Shown one piece after another: positions 51,228 to 64,000 of a stretch of 64,000 nt of DNA (the first letter of the stretch is position 1; each line of letters starts with the position of its first letter). The stretch spans positions 4,708,587 to 4,772,586 of the forward strand of contig CM120648.1 of assembly GCA_051362555.1 (NCBI GenBank). Reading direction: 5' to 3'. The DNA comes from Lingula anatina (Eukaryota; Animalia; Brachiopoda). The position numbers and the translations under genes were made by a program. Below the pieces are notes generated by a model that worked only from the letters and a program-made list of their open reading frames with translations, was not told where the DNA came from and did no database searches.

Positions 51228-53565
51228 CTATGAAGTATAATGGAAGTATGACCACAGTAGATAAACACAAAACACCAGCACACACTGTTTATCTAATGTG
51301 TTCGTTTTTCCATTACTCGCCGGGGTAGTTTTCTGCATTATTTCCGGTATCTTCTTTAACCACAGTTCCATGAAATTTGGGAGGGGATTTTGCTTCGGAG
51401 TTATGACGTCACCGATGTCCAGATATGACTTGGTGTTGGGGCTGTATTGGTTCCATATGGGTAGTGTACTTGTAGTGACATCTGTTGTCGTGTTGCCCAA
51501 ATTGGGGTTCCTAAAAATGAAATTATTATAAGAAAATTATGACAGATGTATACCAGTATTTTATGGTTTTGCATTTTTAATATTTCGCCAACCAATATAC
51601 ACAGCCGTATATTTCTAGATAGTGTAAGAAAATCATAGAAGATAATATTCTCAACAATGAAAAAATTATTATTGATAGAACCAGTGACCTCCAAACTGTC
51701 TAAAGATGTCAAATAACAAATGTAATGATCAAAATACACAAAATATATGTATTATGTATCCATTAAAATAATAATATTCTATGTGTCTCGATTTCTCTCA
51801 CTGTGTCGCATTCCTTGTAGTAGACGCGGGACTGAGCTCTTTATTCATAATACAGCGTATATCATGGATATTATATTATCTAAATTTTACTTGTACATGC
51901 CAATTTTCTATTCATGAACTCATCTTACCCAGTTTTGGCAAAATTCGTCCAGTACGACATCACGGCTTCGGATATCTCTTGGTCTTTCGCATTCCACAAT
52001 TCTGATCTATTCAATGCCTTGCCATAACGTTCGAACCCAAATAAGTACGGTAACTCCTCTCCATGCGTTGCTCCCTCCACCCAATCAGGAAGTTTAAATG
52101 GCGACGATGCTTCCGAAATCATTTCCAAGTATGAAGTGCCGTTAAGATGGTGAGAGAATTCATACATGTACGTGCTACGTTGTGCATTCTGCGCTTCATT
52201 TGGAGATGTCAGCGCGTTGTTGTGGGCGTTGCAGGACTGCAGAGAATGGATTGTAAAGAACATATGCGTAAACATGTCCCTTAGAGCGAGGGTGTTTGTT
52301 ACCCGATCGTCAGTCTTGAAATAAACTTCGTTGATGGCGATCTCGCTCTCTTTTCTATTTTTTGGATAGTAAACGTCTAGGTGATCTTCAAGCAGCATTT
52401 TTATTTTGTCTTCGGGAAGTCCGTTTGAGATACTAATGTTCCAAGCAATCGCAAGGCCCGCCCACATCGAAACCATCAGATTTGCTTCTTCAGAGGTCGT
52501 TCCCACCATGAAGTCAAAACTACCGAACACTTGATCGATTTCTGTAAACTGCCCTTCTTGTCCGTTTGAACTAAAATATTCTTTTAGGCCTAATGGGACG
52601 AAATCGCCATCTTCAACCGGACCAATCGGTATTTTCATTACATGTCCAGTCAAAACAGGACCGTACGTTGTCATAGATATTGTTCGAAAATTTTCCCCAG
52701 GTACTCTTCTCAGGCAATCTATTAAAAGTTTGCTGTCCGAAAGATCCGGGTTATCAGTCGTGTTGCAACCAGCAGCAAAACCAACGCTTTTGGCATAATT
52801 TCGTGCGTCGTTCCCTGGTACCATGCTGTAGCCATTGGACATGGTCATTGAACTCTCACTGATGCCTCTCTGAAACACACCAATATTGTGCTTAGAAACC
52901 AGCTGGAACATCACGGACGCCGCGCCAGCCGACTGGCCGAAGATTGTCACGCGATTGGGATCCCCGCCGAATGCGCTGATGTACTTTTTCACCCATTTTA
53001 AGGCCTCGTGTTGGTCCCAGAGCCCGAAATTCCCCACACAATTTTCGTCCATCGTTGAGAGAAATCCCAGAATGTCAACTCGATAGTTAATGGTAACACA
53101 GACGATGTCTCCATGAGCTGCTAGCGTGCTGCAGGGGTACATAGATCCCTGACCGGAAGCGTACCCACCCCCATGAAACCAAACCATAACCGCTTTCGGG
53201 GCTTTACTCGTCGAGACTGGAACGTATATATTCAAGTGTAAACAGTCCTCGGATATGTCCGTATTTTCAATAAACTGGCTTAAACTTGGGTCCATCATTT
53301 GCACACACGACGGCCCTTCTTTCGTGGCATTTAAGACCCCCTCCCACGCTGCCTTTGGCACCGGTTTGCGGAAGCGAAGATCCCCCACGGGAGCCTCTGC
53401 GTAGGGGACAGCCATGTATTTAACAACCTGCTGACCGTTGCTCAAGGTCTCTGTCATTCCTACGACCTCACCCAGAGTAAAATTTACACGCACCTCCTGC
53501 CCTGACGCAATTGTGGACGAGAAAGCGGCGCACAATAGAACTTTGAGACAAACGAGAGTCGTCAT
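51228..53565 (-). CDS. Type-B carboxylesterase/lipase, tandem copy 2, 639 aa, signal peptide and hydrophobic C-terminus (GPI-signal-like)
   Basis: Exons 53565-51929 and 51510-51228 (same intron as copy 1). FGQSAG, GTTSEE, GATHGEEL; ends ...TTPASNGKTNTLDKQCVLVFCVYLLWSYFHYTS*. Confidence 0.95.
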
Positions 53566-55081
53566 TGTTGCCCTTCTTTTGCACGTGCACGGCTGACGTA
53601 GTATTCTCTTCAACTTCTCCACAGTTATATTTTTATATGATATAATGCACTTAACGTGCTCAGTGTATACTGTCGGTTAAATTTCAACTATTACTGACGT
53701 TTTTCTCTAACACAAGCACAAGTTCTGGTATAATGTTAAGCGCGTGCAAGTCAATGTCCCAAGAGTCTCGCTCGATACCTTTCGCTACTTCGTGCTGAAA
53801 AACTATAGTAAAGCACCGCCAGAGACCTGAATTTATATCAATGCCAACACCACCCTTACATTATGTACACAGAGAGGGGCTTAAGTCACATCAGCCAATT
53901 TAATGCTGATCTCAGCTATCCAAGGGAACACGCACAATGGACGAGCCCCTGTCGAGAACGTCAAACAGTGTTCAACAAAACTGGGTCGCTTGTCCATATT
54001 TGGTTAACTAGGACGTGGACTAATATACCCAACTCTAAACGAGGACAGGTGATTGATTTAAGTACCAGTGATTCGGGTAGAGCTGACAGTAGAATTAACT
54101 TGCTTTATTCAATCACCTGCAATGTAGATCTAATTTGCGTATTTTATAAGTTGACTTCAGGTTCATTAACAGATTGTTATTTATTTTATCCATCTTTTCG
54201 GCCTATTTTTAGGAAGGGGGAGGGGGTCAAGCCACGTTTATTTTCAAGGCCTGTTGTTCCATTATATCTTATTAAACACAGCGTGGTTGAGAGTATTGAT
54301 GTTAGATTACTGGAGATAACCATTTCAATGTTACTCTGAAACCCCAGCACCAGTGTGCATTGGACTGACTGCATGTAATTCGTTTAAATGTTTGTTTTAA
54401 AAAAGACAAATTGCAATAAAACCTGCCTTGATGTCAATGAGATCAGCACATTTACACTGTGTACTAATGCGGGTCTTGAGTACTCACAGCCCATTTAAAT
54501 TCTGACCTCGTATATGTATATACTGGGGTACAGTGTATACGAACACATTTAAGTCCCTCTTGATAAAACCTTATATGGCTTTGTTTGACAAACTGAATCA
54601 CACGATGCTCAAATATGGTTAGGTAACTACTGGGGGTAGAAATACACAAATATCAGCGGCGGCAGGTTGTGCGGAACAGGACAGTTTTATAAAAGGTAGT
54701 TAAAAATTAATCTTAATCTGGACACTGTCCTACCTGTACATGTATATTCCAGGTGGATAACACCCTATTATAAGTTTTTTTTAATAAAATCGCTCAGAGA
54801 AAATCCAAGACAGTCACCAACAGCAACTTTAAAAAAGTTTAATGTTCTGTAGTTGCTACCAATACGTATTTTCTCCCGGTTGTTATATGAATTAACCATT
54901 TAATTAGATAACTGAGTCAGTCTGACAGTCTTTTGATTTAGTAATGTCAAAATGTTAATCCCTTAGCTGTGAGCTAAACAAGATAATGCTAAGTTACATT
55001 AATGTGTACCGGGTACTCGTATTGGAAGACACGTTAGTAGGAAATACATACAGTGTACGTGAAGCTTATGGAATACAAGCA

Positions 55082-55250
55082 CAGGGGCGGATCCAGAGAT
55101 ATTTTCTGACAGTCTTCCACATTATCTTTGTTGATCCATCCTCCATTTTTTTACCGTATTCCGACAGAAAAAATTAGGTACTAATCAATGTAAACTTAGA
55201 AATTTTACCGTCTTCCGGAAAACCCAGAAGACAGCCTCCATCCGCCCCTA
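55082..55250. mobile_element. MITE, same family as 3698-3874
   Basis: caggggcggatccagag...ccatccgcccct; internal gacagtcttcca and ccgtcttccgg...gaagac shared with the 3698 copy. Confidence 0.8.
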
Positions 55251-56693
55251 ATTAGCACATATTAAACAGATTGCGTGAAATTGCGTACACACATACATGC
55301 ACACTCTGATGACGTCTTCTGTCCAAGAAACCATAAAAGTGGCTCGAAACAAAGAGGTAGACCGTCTCGCTTATGTTACCTGACACTTATAAACATAAGC
55401 AATGGCAGCAATCCCAAATTCACAACTCAGTCGCAGCTAGCACAATCATATTTCTATGTTGTATAATGTTTCGTGCTGCTTTATCTCCGTGTATTTCCCA
55501 CTACACATTACTCTTAATACAAATATTTCAACGCCGAGTTATTAGGAGCCCATTTGTTTACATTATATTCCCCACTCGATTAATATGAAAAAAAAAAAAA
55601 AAAAAAAACGGCACACAATCACCTTTCCTTTTTTTATTCTTTTAGAAGTATTTATTGACGTTAAATGCATTACTTATTTACTCAAGATTAAACACTAATG
55701 TATCAATTAGTTTACTCAAGTGTATTTTATATGTGTATTAATTTGTTTATTTAGTTGTTGATTTTCATATACATTTACTATTAATTAGTTTATTAATTAA
55801 CCTGCTTTTTATGAAACAATTCTGCCACCGGGCAAAAGTTTGAATGCTCTAATTTCTCAATTTTTCCGCCCGCTATAAATAATGTGATTGTAAATTATGT
55901 CACATTAATAATAATTAAGGCTATTTGTACTCCATGTGTTACATTCATGTCCATAAATCAAACTGATGTCTTTACAAAATCGCATTTAAGTGGGAAAATT
56001 GTGGTAACACAGAGGGTTTAAGTGCCTCCCAATTCCACCATAGAATAAGTTTCGATGGTTTTAAGTAAAAGAGCTGAGATTAAATTTAAAAGCGAAATTT
56101 GTCATTTGTTTTGCTTGTATTGACTAGAACACAGTGCCAATACGGTCTCTCTGTATAAGTACGTACGTGCTTTAATGTCAGATCGACCTTTCTGTTCAGC
56201 ATGACGAAACAAGAATACGTACTGTGTCACTTTAGCAATCAAGGTATAAAATCGCAGATGGGCAGTGCATTGAAAAATATTGCTAGCCCAAGACCTTTCA
56301 GATCAGTTTTCTTCACTTAATTGGCTTCAAGCGAGCGAACAGTTGCATTAATTTCTTGTATTTTCACCAAGCACTGAAATCAAACTTCTCAGCAGTGATA
56401 TAACCCCATTATTTCAAAAGAATATTATATACCTTTGGGGTATGCGACTTTTTGAAACTTATTTTGCCCAGTATGTGCAGTTATCTTGTCCACAGGGTTA
56501 ATCTTTGTAACCCCGACTGTAAACGACGCGATCATCTCGCTTTGAAGCCTTAAATATGCCTCATTGGGCTTGTCCACTATAACATTACAAATGCAGGCGT
56601 GTTTCTACATGCACAACTGCTGTCATCGACATACAAAAAAGACAGAGTAGCCGCCAGCCGTCAGCCATGAGAAACACAAAGATGTGCCAACAC

Positions 56694-56706
56694 GTGTCAC
56701 GTGACG
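56694..56706. promoter_or_regulatory. Tandem CACGTG E-boxes ~690 bp upstream of the HES-like ATG
   Basis: aa-cacgtg-t-cacgtg-ac (about 56691-56705); CSL-like motifs nearby (catgagaa 56666-56673, gtgggaa 55990-55996). Confidence 0.4.
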
Positions 56707-57391
56707 CCAAGGTGAGCCCAACTGGCACCTGATTCCACGCAACGCTTCGTTGGTTTAAGGAAGCTCACAGCAAGGGGGAATGAGACGCGGAGAAGTACGG
56801 AGTGATATCGCCTGAGGGACATTTGCTGCCAGACTTAGTAAGGACAATCTTTATTAGGTGACATAGTCGGCCTGATTTTGCTAGTAGCATCGAGCAGCGG
56901 AGCGACAGCAGCAGTGAAGCAACTGTTTCACCTTACACTCAACACCGGGGCACGGACTCTCTTCTGTCAGATGACGTTTAATTCTGGACTCTGAAGATTA
57001 ACAAGCGCGTGGATGCTTTTATGGAACAAATCTTTTAAATCCAGTTCTTTTTTTTTTGCGCGGTTTCAGTGTTTTAAGTTATACATACCCGCGTACAAAG
57101 TCAAGTCTGTGCGGAGTACCTGTTTGTTGAAGTGCCGACCGCCTAAACACCCCGAGTTATCTACAGTGCGGGTGTTAAAGTATTTGTCCGAAGGAGCGAG
57201 GACACGATGCTCGGCAAAATCCTACGCCGCATAGTGAACGATTCTGCTTAGTCGATCACTCAAGGGTAAAAATAAATTGAAACCAACATACTGTCAAACA
57301 ATTAACCAAAAATAATAGATAACAGCCTTAGTTGCACCGTTTTACTTTGGAGGCCGCTTTGCTGCAGTTGTTGATGCGGATCTAATTTATA

Positions 57392-57529
57392 ATGAACTCA
57401 GATTTTGCTGACAGCAGAAAAATGGACGAAGAAGATGGGGAGGGAGTATCGACCAAAAAAGCAGCTTATGGAAGAGGCAAGGTTGGTAGTTCCCCCTTCA
57501 GTTCGTCTCCTCTCCCCCCTCTCGCTCTT

Positions 57530-57561
<32 letters not shown>

Positions 57562-58690
57562 TCTCTCTCTCACTGCTCAAACCTTACTCCAATATTTATT
57601 CTTAATCCCTTTAGATTGAAACGATTTTTATTGCTATTAAAGTCATATATGCTACATCTTACAAATGATTTTTAAGCCTTTACAGATACCAAATCACGAC
57701 AAAACCCATCTCGATTTTTAAATGTTCATGCGGACTCAGTGGGAAAAAAAAACAATTTAAATGCCATTTGCCATCAAGATTCGAAAAGCAATAAACAAAA
57801 CAACAGTTTGATTGGTCTGATTGAATGATGAATTGGTATATGTTCGTATCCCAATTAAACGCTTTTATAAAATTTTATTTAAAAAATCTTTGTAACGATT
57901 CTGATAAAAAAGTAACAAATTTGAACAGATGTTTATGTTATTAATGGATTTGTAAATTATTATGTAATATTTGTGCATAAACTCTTTATGCAGTGGAGTG
58001 CGAACTGCTTTTTATTTTTTATTTAACTTATTTTTTCTTTTGTAATCAGCGATTTTTCTACTGCTGTAAAGTTATAATTTATCATTTATTCTATTTAATT
58101 CAGTGTGGCTAAGTTCAGGAATAGCGCAAGAATGTGCAATGCACATTTTAAGTTACATGTATATCAAAATGTTCTGATCTATCAGCCTTATCTCACCTAA
58201 ATAAATAAATTCAAACCATATAAACCGCTTTAGTCAAAAGAAAGATCGTTGGAAAAGCTATAGAGGAGAATGGATTCCGTACAAAATGGAAAAAGGTCTC
58301 ACAAAGGAAAAAACGGAGACGGCATTCGGCATGGAGAGAAAATGAAAAACGCTTTTAGTTGTATGTATACGATTTCGGTCACATGAAATCGGTCCCGATT
58401 TAAGTAAAAACATTTATTGCAATAGTATTAGTAACCAACGAGACGTGAATTTCTTTGACGACTGATTTTAAATACGAACTGAAATAGAACTGAAATGATA
58501 TGGAAGATCAAAGTAATTTCATTCATTACTGGTTATTTCAGTTCGCTAATCCTTATTGTAGAATTTGTAAAATGCTTAAACAAGTTACTGTGTGTCGTAA
58601 AATGTTATGCTTTTGCATTGTGCAGTGATATTGTTTTTTTTTAGCAGATTTAGCATAAGGAAGTGATAAAATAGAACGTTAAAGCTAGAA

Positions 58691-58721
<31 letters not shown>

Positions 58722-60236
58722 ATGAATAAATAAATGAATCGAAATTAAGTTTAGAAGTGGCTGACGTTTTGAAGACCATTTTGATTTTTCAGTCGCAAAT
58801 ATTTTATTTTATTTTTTTGCTTAACTAAGAATAAACACTACGGCAAGTTTTTTTCATATCATTCCGTTCCTAAGTTTTGTCACGCGTTTGATTAATCTTA
58901 TGCTAAATATTTTTTCAGTCGACAAAATCCATGTTAGAAAGGAAACGTAGGGCTCGAATCAACGCTTGTCTGGCCCAGCTCAAAGTCCTCATCAAAGACC
59001 ACGTGAGAGAGCAAGGTTTCCGGCCAGCCAAGATGGACAAGGCGGACGTGCTGGAGATGACCGTGAAATACCTGAAAATTTTACAGAGAGCGGAGAGAGG
59101 GAACGATTTTGGTAAGATACATGTGCATGTACGCTCGGGTTTAATCTTTTGGAATTTAAGAGAAATGTGCTGATCCAAAGTCTTTTACGTTCTGAATAAA
59201 AAAAAGCCGCGTGTGATTGATTCATAAAGAAAAATGAAAGAAAGATAAAATAATATAAGTAATTAAATAGATAAATAATTTGATAAATATTGAGTGACCT
59301 GTAAAAAAAATGTATGATTTTATGTTTAATTAGTTATCATCTATATCGTTACGATTAATGTATTTATGATATATGTTTTTTTACTCTACAAAAAAAGTCG
59401 TTCATTATCTCTGAAGCCACGTAAACATGTTTTTTAAGTATGGGTCGAACAAACCAATGTGTGGTTTGGTTTAAAGCTTTTATATGTATCCACAATATTA
59501 ATATTCCCCAAACTATCAGAATTTGATAAACATTTATCATGAGCTTGAAGCAGTTAAACCTCATCATATTTTTATTTTCATTTCTTAAAAAGCATCCGAC
59601 CACATTTCCGACGCCATTTGCCGCTACAGAGCAGGGTTTTCCGAGTGCGTCAACGAAGTGCTGGCTTATCTGGGGAGACAAAGCACCGACCCCATTGACT
59701 CTGCGGAATTCAAAGCACAACTTGTCAATCATTTGGCTACAAACAACGCTCGGAACAGTAGACGGCAACTACCTCAGTTAGGCGGTGGTCTTCTTAGCCT
59801 TGGCGGAGAAGAAGACGTAGAGCTAAGCCAACAACTTTACAGATATAATTTCGAACAGCAGATCTCTATAATGGAGATCCGTAAGGGGCGTGGGAGCATC
59901 GAATACACAGACGACATCCGGAGCGCGAAAGCATCAAAATATGCCAACACTCCATCTGTTCCTACGCCGCGGGTAAGCGCAAATGGGAGCGGCAATGACA
60001 GGGTTTTTGTTCACACCACGGAAACTTTTTCTAGGGTTTCTCGTCCGAGTTGTCCACCAGATACGCCTTCGCCTTCCGAGCAATTTCTACCAAGTTCTCC
60101 GTCGTCATCAGATGCCACGTGCTCCCAATCGTTTTCTGACGAAGACAGAAGCAGCAGTGCCAGCGATGACGTCATGCGAGCCAACGAAACTGAAGACGGC
60201 TCAGTTTGGCGTCCTTGGGGATTGGGATTTGAGTGA
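57392..60236 (+). CDS. HES/hairy/E(spl)-family bHLH-Orange transcriptional repressor, 308 aa
   Basis: Exons 57392-57481, 58919-59111, 59593-60236 (927 nt, in frame). bHLH KSMLERKRRARINACLAQLKVLI...KMDKADVLEMTVKYLK; Orange domain YRAGFSECVNEVLAYL...QLVNHL; Pro/Ser-rich region; VWRPW five residues before the stop. Exon 1 is less certain than exons 2-3. Confidence 0.9.
57528..57571. repeat. (CT)n microsatellite
   Basis: Direct inspection. Confidence 0.95.
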
Positions 60237-63200
60237 GAGACCGGGGGAGATGTGACGTATTCGAGGGTATTCTATGGAATGGGTGAAAATCATGATTAAA
60301 ATCTCACAGAAAATACTAGTAGAGAAGCCAAATGGGTCAAACACAAATTAAGATTGCCTAATCTTCTGACTGCCTCTCAAAATATACATAGGTACACTGT
60401 AGAATTATATATATTCACTTATACTGGGCTTCCAAGCTTTGTATGGTCTCTCCCTTGTGATCTAGCGACTGGTGAAAGGATGAGCTTCAGCTGAGTACCG
60501 GCAAATAGAAAACAAGAAGCAATTTAACTATTCTGTAATCAAGACACTGAAGTAAATTGGACTGGATAAGAGGACAGAGGCACATGATTTTGTCTAGGAC
60601 ACTCAATGATGAAAAAAAGGCCTTGTAAGGGATTTAACTCCGATATTCTTTCAAAAGATCGATCCCATTTTATCAGTGCATGCCGTCCCATACCCATGTG
60701 CCTGGGCTTTGCTTGAGTAATAAGGTAGGATTACTGCCATTCTGTGTTTTTTTTCTGCTTTTGTTAGAACTCGTACATGTATGACGAAGCTGAAATTTAA
60801 TGTATTTTTTATTTCCTTTTTCAATACGTTTGATATTATTTAGCTAATTTTGCGTTTCAGAAACAGTTATATCCGATTTAATTTTTATAGTCGAAAATCC
60901 TGTGTTTAAAACATGGCGATATGAATTTGCTATTTTTTTTACCTATGACATCAAAGTATCGATGTCAAGCGGAAAATTGAAATCCTTTTTGTTTGTAAAA
61001 TATACATTTCATAACTTTTACAGAACATTTAGAATGGGTAAATACCGGTAAATACCGGTATATATATGTAAAGAAGCAATTGGAATATCATGAATACGAC
61101 ATGCAGTATATCAATAAGTGCACATATACAAATTTACAACTGAAAATACTTGTCTTCAACTTTTGTTACCGTAAATATACATCCATACCGATAACTTTGT
61201 TTATTAAAAAATGTTCGACGCAGGCAAAGACTACATGAGATCTTGGCGATGAACAATATATATAGCTTTGAAAGGTATTTATTTATCGTATGGAATAATT
61301 ACGATTCTATTTTACTTGAATATTCCTAAATTTGTACTTATATGCAAAAAAGTTCGCAAATGACAAAAGTCAAAATCATAATAGTGTTCGAGTAAAATGT
61401 TGTACATTCTATAACTGCTCCTGATATGTAATGTTAAAAGGAATTTCAGCGAGGCATATCACTTTAAGTAGTATATAATATTTCTTAGTGTCATATTCTC
61501 TGTTGATTTAAATAGTTTCTATCTAGCAAAGATAACATAAGCATTACTATGAAGTACAACAGAATCAAGAGTTATAAGGATACGTTTTGATAGGGTAAAA
61601 AGTTTAAAGGGTAAAGTTAGTTCTTAAATAACTGTAATTTAGAGGGGCACACAATAACCACTGTGCACGATGAAAGAATAGGTTAAGCATGCACTGTCGA
61701 GAAATCTGCGACATTCAATTCATCATATCCATCCATACACAGGGTATACTTACCGTGAAATAAGTAAATTAAGGACAAGAGATGGGAATTGTTATATATG
61801 CTCTAATGGCAGCATGATGCAGTGTGTCGGGTGATAATAATTATATGACATCTAAAATACATTTGATTATATAGGTAAATATTTAAGTATAGCTACAGAT
61901 GAACTACGATATATACAGGGTTTATATATAGCATACCTGATGACATTTAACATGTAGCTGCATTTAATAGAGGACCACATGTATACGTCGTACGGTGCCG
62001 TCTCATTTATAATAGTGTAAAGTTTAAAAACATTATTTAATGAGCACGCTCACACTCCACCTTTTTGCATCACAAGCGGCTTTAATTCGAATTTTTCTAT
62101 TTAAAGTTGAAACTTGACTCATTTGTAGGAATGACTATAAAGAGTAATTCTTTTTAAGGGTTCCGCTGAAAATTGATACATGTAATTATGAATGACGCAG
62201 CGACTTTGGTACTTTTATACCATTGCAATGGACTATTTTTGTGAGTCGATAAAGATCATGATTTTCCTCAATACTGTGCTGGACTAAATACAAGGTGGAG
62301 TTGAGAAATCTATCTGAAAACCAGCATTCTGGTTATTTGTAAATCATCATGCAATCAGATTACTTGTAGTATCATTATTGATAGTACTAATAAATATGCA
62401 TGTATATCATGTAAATGTAGTATTACATATGCAATGTACGTAAAATGGAGATATTTTCAGGATTTAGCGTATTTTATAAATGAAAAAAAAAAAAAAAACA
62501 TCGATACCGGTATATCATTACAATGTTATGCTTTATAACACGATTAATATCATCTTAAACTCTATTAAAATGAGAGATTCTACTGAATATCGGAGACGAA
62601 AATGTCATTGTGTTAAACTGCCTGTATTAATTGACATAATGTATAAATCTATTGTACAGCGTATATATACAAGTACGTTGACCATACAATGATTATTATA
62701 TGTGGAGACCAACCATATATTTGTACTGCATTCAAACGACGCCAAAAAATAAGCATGAAAAATTAGTTATACCTCTTAGATATTATTACAACAATTACGT
62801 ACTTTTCAGCAAATTATTCTTAAGCATGTTTAGTGATCAACCATTTGCCCTTATATATAAATGAGTGTTCTTACAGGTATTTTTTTTAATTGATTACTGG
62901 ACAAGAATTAATAAAATCGAGAAAGTACAACATATTTTATGCAGTTATCAATTTATGTGAAGCTCATACTGTTGTTTGCGACCTTACATTATCATGTAAC
63001 ACAAGAAAAGTGATACCTTTAAAATCGGAAGCGTAGTTTTCTGGAGGCATGCATAGAACTTGAACATTACCTTTTAATACCCTCTTCTTACACAAGACGT
63101 CGATTTGAAAACTACTTTTCGCCTCATTAGATGAAAAATTAAGTAAGACATAAACAATAATATTATCATAATTCTCAACTTATATTCGACTATTGGCGTA

Positions 63201-63397
63201 AGATGTTGACAAAATTTAAACATTTTTTGAACCGCTCAGGATAACAGTGCAAATTGTGATATAGCGTGAGGGAAGTGCGTTTGTTTATATAAGCTATAAA
63301 CTTTCTGCCAATTTCCCGTTCACCTCAAATGAACTGCTAGTAAAGTTATGCACCAGCTGACATCGAACGACTCTGAAACGCGACACTATCGCACAAC

Positions 63398-63409
63398 TGC
63401 GCATGCGCA
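63398..63409. promoter_or_regulatory. Perfect NRF1/ewg-type palindrome TGCGCATGCGCA
   Basis: Exact 12-bp consensus in a locally CpG-richer patch. Confidence 0.5.
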
Positions 63410-63554
63410 ATGAAATGCGGTTTCCATGCCAACTTTAGGTGACAGTCTGATGTAATTGTCTACGGTATGTGCAGGTAGATGTATAAATGATAAGGTTAAA
63501 GTTTGTAGGTTTTGGGTTAAAGTTACGCATGTAATGTAAACTTACTGGTGCACT

Positions 63555-63950
63555 GCAGTCGCAAGTGGTGACTTCCAGTACATTTACAGCGATATGTTTT
63601 TTTTTTTTCTCATCTGTTGCAAATACTTTTTCATTCTTATTCAATATTTTGAATCCTGCTTAATTTTTGTATTTCTCTTATAAAACGTACATCTTTGTAC
63701 TTTAGAATAGACATCTCAATACCATTTAATACGCCCTGAAGATATGTAAAACGCAGTCACAAGTGGTGACTTCCAGTACATTTACAGCGATATGGGTTTT
63801 TTTCTCATCTATTGCAAATACTTTTTCATTCTTATTCAATATTTTGAATCCTGCTTAATTTTTGTATTTCTCTTATAAAACGTACATCTTTGTACTTTAG
63901 AATAGACATCTCAATACCATTTAATACGCCCTGAAGATATGTAAAACGCA
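63555..63950 (+). repeat. Near-perfect direct tandem duplication, ~198 bp x 2
   Basis: Units start at 63555 and 63753 (gcagtc.caagtggtgacttccagtacatttacagcgatatg...gaagatatgtaaaacgca). Confidence 0.95.
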
Positions 63951-64000
63951 TTGATATGATAAAAGTTCTTCAAATGAGTTAAACCTTGTTTTGCGGCAAA

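Noticed and set aside
45386-53622. Calling the esterases acetylcholinesterase, neuroligin or juvenile hormone esterase
   Set aside because: They lack the AChE FGESAG and choline-site Trp context; an intact Ser nucleophile excludes neuroligin; GQSAG alone does not diagnose JHE.
53863-54339. 158-aa plus-strand ORF upstream of esterase 2
   Set aside because: It overlaps the duplicated promoter module, has no domain similarity, and the frame is not kept in the paralogous region.

Overview
AT-rich, intron-containing animal DNA, probably from a marine invertebrate (mollusc/lophotrochozoan-like; inferred from repeat style and gene content, not proven). Seven protein-coding genes can be rebuilt by hand from GT-AG sites with consistent reading phase: (1) the 3' part of a type-I membrane C-type-lectin-domain protein with a five-copy 106-aa Thr/Ser-rich stalk; (2,3) a tandem pair of class I SAM-dependent small-molecule methyltransferases; (4) an SLC7A14-like cationic amino acid transporter with a 10.7-kb first intron; (5,6) a tandem pair of two-exon type-B carboxylesterases on the minus strand; (7) a HES/hairy-family bHLH-Orange repressor. 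Non-autonomous DNA-transposon-like repeats, MITE-like foldbacks and microsatellites fill introns and intergenic DNA. No rRNA, tRNA, CRISPR array or autonomous transposon was recognised. The most notable observations: every stalk repeat of the lectin carries a copy of the exon's own splice acceptor in the same phase, which could let splicing set stalk length; the esterase paralogs differ in C-terminal sorting signal (KTEL versus a GPI-like tail) and catalytic acid (Asp versus Glu); and the methyltransferase paralogs are nearly identical in the SAM-binding half but diverged in the substrate half.
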